From positions 1 to 63,981 of the forward strand of contig UQTN01000001.1 of NCBI GenBank assembly GCA_900543945.1: a stretch of DNA of 63,981 nucleotides. The letters are read 5' to 3'. The position numbers and the translations under genes were made by a program. Each line of letters begins with the position of its first letter. The stretch's first letter is position 1. This DNA comes from an uncultured Collinsella sp. GTDB taxonomy: Bacteria; Actinomycetota; Coriobacteriia; Coriobacteriales; Coriobacteriaceae. Below the pieces are notes generated by a model. The model was not told where the DNA came from and did no database searches. It was given only the letters and a program-made list of their open reading frames with translations. Below, in pieces: positions 40,773 through 51,493 of this stretch.

Positions 40773-41174
40773 ATGAGCTTCACTCGCAAGACTCTCAAAA
40801 TCCTTGCCCTGATTTATTTTGTTCTGGGCATCGCCAGTCTCGTCATTGGAATCGCCGGCATCGCGACCGGCAAGCTCGAGTCCACCTACGGATCGAACGC
40901 CATGCTCGCCGCGGCCGTGATTATCGCCAAGGGCCTCATCGATCTCGCCGCAGGCGTTGCGGGCATCAAGGGTGCCAACAAGCCTTCGCAGGTTGACGGC
41001 GCGTTTAAGCTCGGTATCGTTGCTGCAGTCGCCACGCTTGCCCAGGCGGTGCTCACGCTTCCCGCGTTTGGCGGCGACGCCATAAACTATGGCGCCTTTG
41101 TCATCGTGGTGTACGACTTGTTCTTTGTTCAGCAGGCACACGACGTTAAGGCCGAGAACAAGGATCGTCTGTAG
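40773..41174 (+). CDS. Hypothetical 4-TM membrane protein
   Basis: GAAAGGA RBS; four hydrophobic segments. Confidence 0.75.
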   Translation: MSFTRKTLKILALIYFVLGIASLVIGIAGIATGKLESTYGSNAMLAAAVIIAKGLIDLAAGVAGIKGANKPSQVDGAFKLGIVAAVATLAQAVLTLPAFGGDAINYGAFVIVVYDLFFVQQAHDVKAENKDRL

Positions 41175-41255
41175 GCACCTGCCCCCACAGCTCCCTGCAG
41201 CCAAGCAACTAAAAAGGGCCGATCGCGCATCTCCGCGGTCGGCCCTTTACGTTTG

Positions 41256-41300
41256 CCCAGATAAAACCTGCCAAAATAAACCTGTCCCTTTTTGGTAGGT
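41256..41300. repeat. REP-like family A copy overlapping the RlmA-like stop codon
   Basis: Reverse complement matches 21638-21682 with few mismatches. Confidence 0.8.
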
Positions 41301-42112
41301 TAGTGGCGGTACTCGGCGATGATAAAGTCGATATCGGTCTGAAGGGTATCGAGGTTTGCCAGGCGCTCTTTGTCGGCGGGGCGCGTGCGGTAGTAGTAGG
41401 GCGTCATCTGGAACACCGCCTCGATGTCAGCCTGGGTCTGGAGGGTGATGGAAGCTGTCACCCGCTGCGTTCCGACCAGTTTAAGCTCGGTGGTCTGTGG
41501 CAGCTTCTCGTCATTGAGATATGGCGTGTCGTAGAGCACCTCCTTGAGGCCAAACAGATGACGGGCACCCGGCACCACGGTATAGAGCGAGCCCTCTGGC
41601 GCCAGCACGCGGGAAAATTCGCGCTCGTTAAAGGGAGCAAAGAGCTCGGTCACCATATCGAAGGCGTCATCGGCCACGGGAATGTCCTTCATGTTGGCCA
41701 CGAAGAAGGTCGCATCGCCGCGCTTGGCGGCCAGGCGCACCATCTCTTTGCCCAGGTCAAAGCCGTAAGCATCCACGCCCGGCACCGCACCCATGGCGCT
41801 GGTGTAGTAGCCCTCGCCACAGCAAATGTCGAGCAAGGTCATGGGGTCGTTCGCAGACGCAGCACGCCCAGTCGCCCGCTCGCGCACCAGCTCGACCATC
41901 GCATCGCGCAACGGCGCATAGTAACCGCGGTTCAGAAAGTCGCGACGGCTGCGCGCCTGCGACTTGGGATCACCCATGGAGTCGCCGCTCTTGGACGAGC
42001 GCAGTAGATACAGATAGCCCTCGCGCGCACGGTCAAACCGGTGTCCGCCCGCACATGCAGCACCGCGCTCGTCGCCCACCAACGGCTCATGGCAAACGGG
42101 ACACAACAACAT
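41300..42112 (-). CDS. 23S rRNA m1G methyltransferase, RlmA-like
   Basis: CPVC...C..GHRFDRAREGY zinc domain, RRDFLNRGYY, LDICCGEGYY, HLFGLK, MTPYYY. Confidence 0.85.
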   Translation of the reverse strand: MLLCPVCHEPLVGDERGAACAGGHRFDRAREGYLYLLRSSKSGDSMGDPKSQARSRRDFLNRGYYAPLRDAMVELVRERATGRAASANDPMTLLDICCGEGYYTSAMGAVPGVDAYGFDLGKEMVRLAAKRGDATFFVANMKDIPVADDAFDMVTELFAPFNEREFSRVLAPEGSLYTVVPGARHLFGLKEVLYDTPYLNDEKLPQTTELKLVGTQRVTASITLQTQADIEAVFQMTPYYYRTRPADKERLANLDTLQTDIDFIIAEYRH

Positions 42113-42168
42113 GGCAACTCCTTAGCGCGAACAACACAACGCCCACCATTGTCGCACGCCTTCCCCAC

Positions 42169-42199
42169 CTAGTCATTGGGGACGTTCTTAAATGACTAG
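42169..42199. repeat. REP-like family C hairpin (CTAGTCATTGGGGACGTTCTTAAATGACTAG)
   Basis: Identical copy at 55723-55753, inverted variant at 55750-55780, variant at 62748-62778. Confidence 0.85.
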
Positions 42200-42263
42200 T
42201 CGATTAGGAGTATCATCGTCTGCGCAAATAAGCGCGAATGAGCATGTTAGAGATTGAGAGCGT

Positions 42264-43646
42264 ATGGCAGACACCGCATCTAAGCACATTGACATGACCA
42301 CCGGCTCGCTGTGGCGCAATATTCCCCTGTTCGCCTTTCCCGTCGCCGCCACGAGCATCCTTGAGCAGCTGTCGAACCTCATCGCCACGGTCATCATCGG
42401 TAACTTCTCGGGCGACCAGGGAACCCTCGCCATGGCGGCGGTCGGCTCCAATGTTCCGCTTACCAGTCTTATGATCAACCTGTTTATTGGGCTGTCGCTT
42501 GGCTCCAACGTGGTCATCGCCAACGCCATCGGCCGCAACGATCAGAACATGGTCAAGCGCGCCGTCCATACCTCGATTCTCATGGCGCTTGTGGGCTTTG
42601 TCGTCATCGCGCTGGGCGAGATCTTTGCCGAGCCCATGCTCGCCGCGCTCAACGTTCCCGCCGAAACCATGCCGCTCGCCTCGCTCTACCTGCGCGTCTT
42701 TTTGCTCAGCATGCCCTCGATCTTGCTCTACAACTTTGAGGCCGCGATCTTCCGCTCCGTCGGCATCACCCGCATGCCGCTGCAGGCGCTTGCCGTGTCC
42801 ACCGTCCTCAACATTGGCCTGGACCTCATCTTTGTCCCCGTACTCCACTGGGGCGTCGCGGGCGTCGCCATCGCCACCGCCATCGCCTACACCGTCAGCG
42901 CCGCTACGCTCTTTATCCGTCTGCTCAAGACCGACTCCGTCGTCCGCGTCACTCCACGCGACCTGGCTATCGACCCCGTCGCCCTCAGGCGCATCGTCAA
43001 GATCGGCCTGCCCGCCGGCATCCAGAGCGCCGTCTTTGCCGTCGCCAACATCATCATCCAGTCCGCCATCAACAGCTTGGGCACCGAGGTCATGGCGGCA
43101 TCGAGCGCCGCCATGAGCCTGGAGTACGTGTGCTACAACCTGCTCAACAGCTTTAGCCAGGCTTGCACCACCTTTGTGGGGCAAAACCACGGTGCCCGCC
43201 AGATCGACCGTTGCACCAAGACCCTTAAGGTCTGCCTGGTCGAAGGTGGCATCGTCGCGCTCACTACCATCGTTATCATCGTCGGTCTGGGGCGCGAGAT
43301 CCTAGCGCTGTTTAATAGCGACCCCAACATCGTCTCGATCGGCTATATCCGCGTGTGCTCGATCTTCCCGGCATACGCCTTTAGCATGTTTTACGAAAAC
43401 ATGTCCGGCTACCTGCGCGGCTTTGGCATCTCGCTCATGCCCGCCCTCATCACCATGATCTGCGTCTGCGGCATTCGCTTCTATTGGGTATTCTGCGTGT
43501 TCCCGCACTTCCGTACCTTTGCGAACATCATGATGGTCTACCCCATCAGCCTGGGCACCACGGCATTCTTTATGGTCGTAGCGGTATTGCTCTGCCACCC
43601 GGCACGCACCTATCGCACCGCCCAAGCCAAAGCGACAGCCCGCTAA
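42264..43646 (+). CDS. MATE family efflux transporter
   Basis: DMTTGS..., 12 TM segments, LNIGLDLIFV...GVAGVAIAT, KIGLPAG, GQNHGA. Confidence 0.9.
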   Translation: MADTASKHIDMTTGSLWRNIPLFAFPVAATSILEQLSNLIATVIIGNFSGDQGTLAMAAVGSNVPLTSLMINLFIGLSLGSNVVIANAIGRNDQNMVKRAVHTSILMALVGFVVIALGEIFAEPMLAALNVPAETMPLASLYLRVFLLSMPSILLYNFEAAIFRSVGITRMPLQALAVSTVLNIGLDLIFVPVLHWGVAGVAIATAIAYTVSAATLFIRLLKTDSVVRVTPRDLAIDPVALRRIVKIGLPAGIQSAVFAVANIIIQSAINSLGTEVMAASSAAMSLEYVCYNLLNSFSQACTTFVGQNHGARQIDRCTKTLKVCLVEGGIVALTTIVIIVGLGREILALFNSDPNIVSIGYIRVCSIFPAYAFSMFYENMSGYLRGFGISLMPALITMICVCGIRFYWVFCVFPHFRTFANIMMVYPISLGTTAFFMVVAVLLCHPARTYRTAQAKATAR

Positions 43647-43673
43647 ACACCGCACTCAACGTCACGCCAGTCA

Positions 43674-44540
43674 TTAATTGACAATATGCGAGCTCATATA
43701 GTCGATAAAACGCCTCGTGGCGATAGGCATGGTGTCCCAGCTGCGCCAGGCTGCCACTACGTCACGCGAGGGAGCGTGCACGATGGGACGCACGCGAATA
43801 TCGGCCCTCATGCCCTCGACGGTACGGCGATACAGCATACTCACGCCTAGGCCCTCCTCCACCATCGCCATGATGGTGTAGTCGTCGGTCACCTCGCTCG
43901 TCACGTGCGGCGACAGCCCATGCGCCGCGAATGCATCGAGCACCAGGCTCTGTTCGCCCTCATCCAGCAGCACAAACGGCTCGGACGCCAGGTCGGCGAG
44001 CGTCACCTTTTCCTTTGCCGTCAGCGGATGCGCGGCCGGCAACAGTGCCACCAACTCATCGTGATAGACCACGCGCTTCTCGAGCCCAGCAGTAAATCCG
44101 CGTGCCGTAAAGCAAAAATCAACCACGCCATCGTGCACCCACTGGGCATTGCGCGTGTAATCGCCCTGTTTGAGCGTAAAGCGTACACCCGGATGCAGGG
44201 CACCAAAGTCGCGGATCACGCGCGGCAACACGGTGCGGCTCACGTTGGTAAACGTTGCGATACGAATATCAGTCGAGGAGAGTCCCAGCAATTCCTGGCG
44301 CTTGCCCTCAAGCTCGGCCTCGGCAGTTACAATCTGGCGCAGATACGGCAGGTACTGCTTGCCGTCGCGCGTAAGCGAAACGCCCTGCTTGCCGCGCTCG
44401 ATAAGCGTGGTGCCCAGCTCGCGCTCGAGCGCCTTGACGGCCTGGCTCACCGCACTTTGCGTATAGCCTAGCTCGTCGGCCGCGCCCTTAAGACTGCCGC
44501 AATCGACCACCATACATACAATCTGATATCGCGATGCCAT
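43674..44540 (-). CDS. LysR-family transcriptional regulator
   Basis: GSLKGAADELGYTQSAVSQAVKALE; divergent from a DMT gene. Confidence 0.9.
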   Translation of the reverse strand: MASRYQIVCMVVDCGSLKGAADELGYTQSAVSQAVKALERELGTTLIERGKQGVSLTRDGKQYLPYLRQIVTAEAELEGKRQELLGLSSTDIRIATFTNVSRTVLPRVIRDFGALHPGVRFTLKQGDYTRNAQWVHDGVVDFCFTARGFTAGLEKRVVYHDELVALLPAAHPLTAKEKVTLADLASEPFVLLDEGEQSLVLDAFAAHGLSPHVTSEVTDDYTIMAMVEEGLGVSMLYRRTVEGMRADIRVRPIVHAPSRDVVAAWRSWDTMPIATRRFIDYMSSHIVN

Positions 44541-44698
44541 CGTGCCTCCACATCAGTGTAGCCGTAAAACGTTTTGCCAAGGCTTTTTCTACCTACATTA
44601 GTATTGCTTAATCATACTGAAGATACATTCGCTTTACTACATCAAAATCTGGGAGCAGAATCCTTTTTGCGAAACCGTTCTGTAACAAAAGGAGTCCC

Positions 44699-45601
44699 AT
44701 GGATCGCAAAAAAGCAATCGCGCTCTCGTTTTCCGTTCCCGTCGCATGGGGCTTTTCGTACCCCCTCATGAAGATCGGCATGGACAGCATGAACGCCACG
44801 AGCATCGTTGCGCTGCGCTGCATCATCGCCTTTGTGGCCTGCCTGCTGCTCTTCCACAAGCACGCGCTGCGCATCAACCGCGACCTCATGGTTCGCGCCG
44901 CCATCATCGGCGCCATCATGGCAACCGAGCTCACCTGCATGTGCTTGGGCTCCAGCCTTACCTCCGCCTCCACCGCCGGCTTTTTGCAGAGCCTGACGGT
45001 CGTGATCGTGCCGTTTGCCAACGCCGCCCTGCTGCGCCGCGCCCCCGAGCGCAAAGTTCTCGTCGGCACCGCCATCGTCACCTGTGGCATGCTGCTGCTC
45101 TCGGGCGCCGACTTCACCAGCCTGAACCCGGGCGCGCTCATCATGTTGCTCTCGGCCTTTATCTATGCCGGCCATATCATTGTGGCGAAGCGCTTTGTCG
45201 AAGATGTCGACCCGCTGGCCCTGGGCGTTTGGCAGCTTGGCTTCGGCGGCTTATTCTCGGGTATCGCCGCATTCACCTTTGGCGGTTTCACGCTTCCCGG
45301 CACGCCGGGCGAGGTCGTGGTCGTCGTCGCACTCGCGCTCATCTGCTCTGCCTACGGCTTTATCACCCAAACGCTCGCGCAGCCCCACGTGCCCGCCGAG
45401 ACCACAGGCTTTGCCTTCTCGCTCGAGCCGGTCTGCTCCGCTGTCTTCTCGTTCTTCCTGGTCGGCGAGGTCCTGAGCCCCATCGCCTTCTTTGGCGCCG
45501 CCCTCATCCTCACCGGCGTCATGGTGGCAACCGTCGAGCTCCCGCGTCTTCGTGCACACGGGCACGCTCGCATGGCAGGAGCGCCCGAGCGCGTCTCGTA
45601 G
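44699..45601 (+). CDS. DMT/EamA family transporter
   Basis: AWGFSYPLMK, AGFLQSLTVVIVP, SLEPVCSAVFSFFLVGE. Confidence 0.85.
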   Translation: MDRKKAIALSFSVPVAWGFSYPLMKIGMDSMNATSIVALRCIIAFVACLLLFHKHALRINRDLMVRAAIIGAIMATELTCMCLGSSLTSASTAGFLQSLTVVIVPFANAALLRRAPERKVLVGTAIVTCGMLLLSGADFTSLNPGALIMLLSAFIYAGHIIVAKRFVEDVDPLALGVWQLGFGGLFSGIAAFTFGGFTLPGTPGEVVVVVALALICSAYGFITQTLAQPHVPAETTGFAFSLEPVCSAVFSFFLVGEVLSPIAFFGAALILTGVMVATVELPRLRAHGHARMAGAPERVS

Positions 45602-45689
45602 ACCCCACTCCTTATACAGCCGCGGCATAAAGGCAACCGGTGCGCCTTTATAATAGATGCCAACAGAGCATCTGACGTAAAGGAGCCCC

Positions 45690-46415
45690 ATGGACGCCGC
45701 GACCCGCGACCGCAACATAGCAACTTGGTTGGGCGATGCGCCGCAGCCGGTACGCGACACAACGAACCAGCTGCTCGAGCGCATCGCCCTTTTGCGTGCC
45801 GAGCAGACCATCTACCCGGCACAAGACGACATCCTCAATGCCCTCGCCTACACGCCGGCCGACCAGGTCAAGGTTGTCATCTTGGGTCAGGACCCCTATC
45901 ACGGACCCAACCAGGCCATGGGGCTGTCGTTCTCGGTCCCCGCGTCGCAAACCAAGTTACCGCCGAGCCTGCGCAACATCTATAAGGAACTCAACGCCGA
46001 TCTGGGCTGCCCCATTCCCGCCACGGGAGACCTAACCCCATGGGCACAGCAGGGCGTCTTGCTCCTCAACACTACGCTCACCGTGCGTGAGCATGCCGCG
46101 AATTCGCACGCCAAGCTGGGCTGGAGCACACTCACCGACTACGTTATCGAACGCTGCTGCCAGCTGCCCCAGCCGGTCGTCTTTTTGGCATGGGGACGCT
46201 TTGCCCAGCAAATGGTTGAGGGCAAGCTCGACGCGATCGGCGCGGGCAAGGCAACCGGCAAGTTCTGCCTGGCCTCTACGCACCCCTCGCCGCTTTCGGC
46301 CAACCGTGCCACGGCAGAACTCCCCGCCTTTATAGGGTCGCGCCCCTTCTCCGCTGCCAATCGGCTACTCGAACAGCACGGCTCGACCCCCGTCAACTGG
46401 ACTTGCCTCGGCTAA
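45690..46415 (+). CDS. ung: Uracil-DNA glycosylase (family 1)
   Basis: VKVVILGQDPYH, PPSLRNIYKEL, QGVLLLN, HPSPLS. Confidence 0.95.
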   Translation: MDAATRDRNIATWLGDAPQPVRDTTNQLLERIALLRAEQTIYPAQDDILNALAYTPADQVKVVILGQDPYHGPNQAMGLSFSVPASQTKLPPSLRNIYKELNADLGCPIPATGDLTPWAQQGVLLLNTTLTVREHAANSHAKLGWSTLTDYVIERCCQLPQPVVFLAWGRFAQQMVEGKLDAIGAGKATGKFCLASTHPSPLSANRATAELPAFIGSRPFSAANRLLEQHGSTPVNWTCLG

Positions 46416-46465
46416 AAACCGATACATCAAAAACGCGCCCGACGGCTTTCCATCGGGCGCGTTTC

Positions 46466-47146
46466 CTATTCGGGCCAAATAAATTGTGTGCGGCCGGCCT
46501 CGCCGCCATCGATCAGCAGGCTCTGCCCGGTCATAAACCGGTTGGTCACGCCCACAAAGTAGATCCACTCGGCGATCTCTTGGGCGGTGGCCCAGCGTTT
46601 AAGCGGCGTGAGCTCCATAATCTGGTTCCACAGGTGTTCGTCTTCCATCACGCAACGGTTGAGCGGCGTGATAACGCCGCCCGGGTCCACGCTGTTGGCG
46701 ATGGCCTGCGGCGCCAGGCGGTTTGCAAGGTTCTTGGTGTAGGCGATAACGCCGCCCTTGCTGGCGGCATAGGCGGGAAACTCCGATCCCGTATGCCCGC
46801 TCGCCGACCCCACATTGACCACGGATGTAATGGCCGGCGCCGGCTTGGCGGCAAGCCCCTCCCCCACAAAGGCATAGCGCTCGGTCACGTTGATGGTGCC
46901 ACGCAGGTTGGCGGCAATGTCGTCGGCCGAATCCTGCGTACCGGCGACGTTTACGATTACCTGGGGTTCAAGGTTAACTGGAAACGAGTCCGGCTCGCGG
47001 ACATCAACGATCAGATGGCGGTAGCGCTCGTGTTCGATCGCCGCCGGCAGCAGATCAAAGCCCACGACCTCGTGACCCTCGTCCAAAAAGCGCTGCACGC
47101 ACGCGGCTCCAATACCACCCGAAGCACCCGTGATCAAAACCCGCAT
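46466..47146 (-). CDS. Short-chain dehydrogenase/reductase, co-transcribed with the VUT transporter
   Basis: TGASGGIG, NVAG, GS, YAASK; starts 9 nt after the VUT stop with AAGGAG RBS. Confidence 0.88.
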   Translation of the reverse strand: MRVLITGASGGIGAACVQRFLDEGHEVVGFDLLPAAIEHERYRHLIVDVREPDSFPVNLEPQVIVNVAGTQDSADDIAANLRGTINVTERYAFVGEGLAAKPAPAITSVVNVGSASGHTGSEFPAYAASKGGVIAYTKNLANRLAPQAIANSVDPGGVITPLNRCVMEDEHLWNQIMELTPLKRWATAQEIAEWIYFVGVTNRFMTGQSLLIDGGEAGRTQFIWPE

Positions 47147-47155
47147 ATCTGCTCC

Positions 47156-47878
47156 TTAGGCGGTTGCGTGGCGCTCGAGGTACTCAGCACCCACATTCTC
47201 GCGCTCCCAGCCACGCACGACCTTGTAGCCCACGGGGCTCAGGAAGACCTCGCACAGCAGCTCGGCAACAGCGCCGGTCAGCGAGCACATAAGAACCTGC
47301 ACCCAGGTCCAACCAAAGAACGTGTGGCTCACCACGATGGCAAAGACCAGGTTGTCGATAAACTGGCCAACGCCTGTAGACACATAGGAGCGGAAGGCAA
47401 AGCTCGCAAAGTTATTCTTTTTGAGCATACGGCCGAGCGACTGGTTGAGCGTGGAGTTAACCACGGCAGAAACGAGCATTGCCAGCGAAGATCCAAACAC
47501 CACGTACCAGGTGCCGCCGATGGTGGCGTTAAGGGCGGTGTTGACCTCGATCATGCCCGTGTCATAGTAGGCGCCCCACATGCCGGGCGTGAGCGAGCAT
47601 GCCCAAAAGCACAGGCTCACAGCCAGGTTGACCAGCAGCGCGAGGATAGAGATTTTGATGGATGCCTTAGCGCCAAAGCGCTTGCAGATCATGTCCTGGC
47701 ACAAAAACGAAACCCAGCTCACCACAAAGCCGCAATCGAGTGCCAGATACGGCAGGCTGATGAGCTCTTTGTTGGCCAGCAGGTTCATCATGATGACGCT
47801 CACGAAAAACAGCGAAACCGTTGCCGCGGGAATGCTCCGCAACAGGACCTTATAGTCCTCCATGACCTTCTTGATCAT
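47156..47878 (-). CDS. VUT/YhhQ-family transporter (queuosine precursor uptake)
   Basis: MNLLANK, FLCQDMICKRFG, RSYVSTGVGQFIDNLVF; preceded by a preQ1-like aptamer. Confidence 0.8.
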   Translation of the reverse strand: MIKKVMEDYKVLLRSIPAATVSLFFVSVIMMNLLANKELISLPYLALDCGFVVSWVSFLCQDMICKRFGAKASIKISILALLVNLAVSLCFWACSLTPGMWGAYYDTGMIEVNTALNATIGGTWYVVFGSSLAMLVSAVVNSTLNQSLGRMLKKNNFASFAFRSYVSTGVGQFIDNLVFAIVVSHTFFGWTWVQVLMCSLTGAVAELLCEVFLSPVGYKVVRGWERENVGAEYLERHATA

Positions 47879-47884
47879 TGTGTA

Positions 47885-47934
47885 CTCCTTTGGTTTTAGG
47901 TTTAACGAGCAGGATATCGGACCCGAACTGCTCG
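47885..47934 (-). promoter_or_regulatory. preQ1 class I-like riboswitch
   Basis: Minus strand CGAGCAG-UUCGGGUCCGAUAUC-CUGCUCG-UUAAACCUAAAACCAAAGGAG: P1 stem, UUC loop start, A-rich 3' tail running into the RBS. Confidence 0.7.
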
Positions 47935-48034
47935 GACGCCCCGGTCTTGAGACGACGGTGGGTATGATAGCCGCTCACACGGCATCAGGCAAGCAACCGG
48001 CGCGGCAGCCCCGCAGGTCCACCGCGCCGATGCG

Positions 48035-49648
<1,614 letters not shown>

Positions 49649-49786
49649 GCGGATCCTTTCTTGCATTGAGTGCATTACGTCGTTGTAACCGCACCATTGT
49701 AGCCGCGAAATCCCGCCATAGGGCACCTATCAGGACAAATTCATTAGCCAAGCTCGCTGTGCACCTGGCAGTCGCCTCAAGGACTG

Positions 49787-50081
49787 TCTCGATCTGTAAC
49801 AGTAAGACGGGTTTTGAGCCTCTACCTGTTACAGATCAAGACAAACCGGCAGGCCCGCCGGCACAATCTCGATTTGTAACATCTGACCGCCCAAATTGGG
49901 TCTAGCTGTTACAAATCGAGATAAACAGGAAGGCAGGGAGCCAATGTCTCAATCTGTAACATCTAGCCGCGCAAATCGACTCTTACTGTTACAGACTGAG
50001 ACAAATAGGCAAGCGGGCAAATAAGATCTCGATCTGTAACAGCAGGCGACCCAAAACGGACCCAGGTGTTACAGATTGAGA
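49787..50081. repeat. Periodic array of eight 15-bp repeats (TCTCGATCTGTAACA) in alternating orientation, 40-bp period, 25-nt spacers
   Basis: Forward copies start at 49787, 49867, 49947, 50027; inverted copies at 49827, 49907, 49987, 50067. Confidence 0.95.
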
Positions 50082-50129
50082 TTGTTTTGGAGCAAGCGCG
50101 GCGCCGATGGGCTATTCCACATTTAGCTC

Positions 50130-50180
50130 TTGCATAACTGTGCATAGTGTATATATACTGTGCTTACCGGTTATATACAC
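50130..50180 (+). promoter_or_regulatory. Promoter (TTGCAT-18-TATACT) with tandem YtrA-type operator candidates
   Basis: CTGTGCATAGTGTATATATAC and CTGTGCTTACCGGTTATATAC direct repeats upstream of the GntR gene. Confidence 0.55.
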
Positions 50181-50207
50181 GTGTAACCCAACAGCTAAGG
50201 AGCCGCT

Positions 50208-50588
50208 GTTGACATCATCCTATCCGATTCGAGCGATAAGCCTATCTACGAACAGATATCCTCACAGGTCAAAGCTCAGATCCTTTCGGGCACACTCACT
50301 GCGGGAGCCAAACTCCCCAGCATCCGCGCGCTCGCGAGCGATCTTGGCGTGAGCGTCATCACCACCAAGCGCGCCTACGCCGACCTGGAGCAGCTCGGGT
50401 TTATCTGCACCGTGCAGGGCAAGGGCTGTTTTGTCGCCGAGGGCAACCAGGAGCTCTTGCGCGAAAACCAGCTCTGCCATATCGAAGAACTGCTTGCGAA
50501 AGCGGCGAGCCAAGCCGAAGCCCTGGGCGTTACGCGCGACAAGCTGCACGAGATGCTCGACCTGATAGCCCCCGAAACCATGCAGTAG
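50208..50588 (+). CDS. YtrA-subfamily GntR regulator whose expected start codon reads GTT (possible pseudogene)
   Basis: (V)DIILSDSSDKPIYEQISSQVKAQILSGTL..GAKLPSIRALASDLGVSVITTKRAY; AAGGAG 5 nt before GTT; in-frame TAA at 50196. Confidence 0.8.
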   Translation, partial: VDIILSDSSDKPIYEQISSQVKAQILSGTLTAGAKLPSIRALASDLGVSVITTKRAYADLEQLGFICTVQGKGCFVAEGNQELLRENQLCHIEELLAKAASQAEALGVTRDKLHEMLDLIAPETMQ

Positions 50589-50611
50589 CCATCTGCAAGA
50601 AAGGCTATACC

Positions 50612-51493
50612 ATGCAAAACCTTCTAGAACTCAAAGGCATCTCACGCCGTGTGAGCGACCGTTTTTCACTGCGAGACGTCACACTTGCCGTGGAGCCCGG
50701 CCAGATCGTTGGCTTTGTGGGCGCAAATGGCGCCGGCAAGACGACGACCATTCGCGCCGCGCTCGGGCTTATAAAGCTCGATGCCGGCGAGGCGCATCTG
50801 CTTGGACAGCGCTGCGACGCCAACGCGCCCGACGAGGCACAGCGCCACCTGCGCTCCCGCGTCGGCCTTGTCCTGGACACATGCCCCTTCCCCTCCACGC
50901 TCAAGGTGGGCCAGGTCGAGAGGCTCGTAGGCCCGGCGTACCCCACGTGGAGCTGCGAAACGTTCGCCGGATTCATCGACCGATTTGGCCTCGATCCCAA
51001 GACGAAGGTCAAGGACCTCTCCCGCGGCATGGGCATGAAGTTGCAGCTTGCCTGCGCACTCAGTCACAATGCCAAGCTGCTCGTTTTGGACGAAGCCACC
51101 GCAGGCCTTGATCCCATGGCGCGCGAGGAACTGCTCGACGAGCTGCTTGCCTTTGTCGCCGACGGCCAGCGCAGCGTGCTGCTCTCGAGCCACATTACGT
51201 CCGACCTCGATCACACCGCCGACCGCGTCATCTGCATCGATAACGGCTCGATTGTGTTTGACCTGCCGCGCGAGGACATTACTGACCGTGCTGGCATCGC
51301 TCACTGCACTCAGGCACAGGCCGCCGAGCTTATGGCTTGCGTCGAAGACGCCCGCGCCGCCCACCACGCCTACAGCGTGGACGTGCTTGTGCCCGACCGT
51401 CGCGAAACGCTCGAGGCCTTTCCAGAGATTCCCTGCGATCGGGCAACCATTGATGACTATCTTCGCCTCATGCTGAAAGGGGCTTCGAAATGA
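50612..51493 (+). CDS. ABC transporter ATP-binding protein
   Basis: GANGAGKTT, LSRGMGMK, LDEATAGLDP, SSH. Confidence 0.92.
   Translation: MQNLLELKGISRRVSDRFSLRDVTLAVEPGQIVGFVGANGAGKTTTIRAALGLIKLDAGEAHLLGQRCDANAPDEAQRHLRSRVGLVLDTCPFPSTLKVGQVERLVGPAYPTWSCETFAGFIDRFGLDPKTKVKDLSRGMGMKLQLACALSHNAKLLVLDEATAGLDPMAREELLDELLAFVADGQRSVLLSSHITSDLDHTADRVICIDNGSIVFDLPREDITDRAGIAHCTQAQAAELMACVEDARAAHHAYSVDVLVPDRRETLEAFPEIPCDRATIDDYLRLMLKGASK

Noticed and set aside
41189..41210. Partial similarity to the terminator at 2862-2898 (AGCTCCCTGCAGC.AA.CAACT)
   Set aside because: Only one arm is present; too short to call a repeat family.
49787..50081. CRISPR array
   Set aside because: Repeats alternate in orientation and are only 15 bp, spacers share positional motifs, and there are no cas genes in the window.
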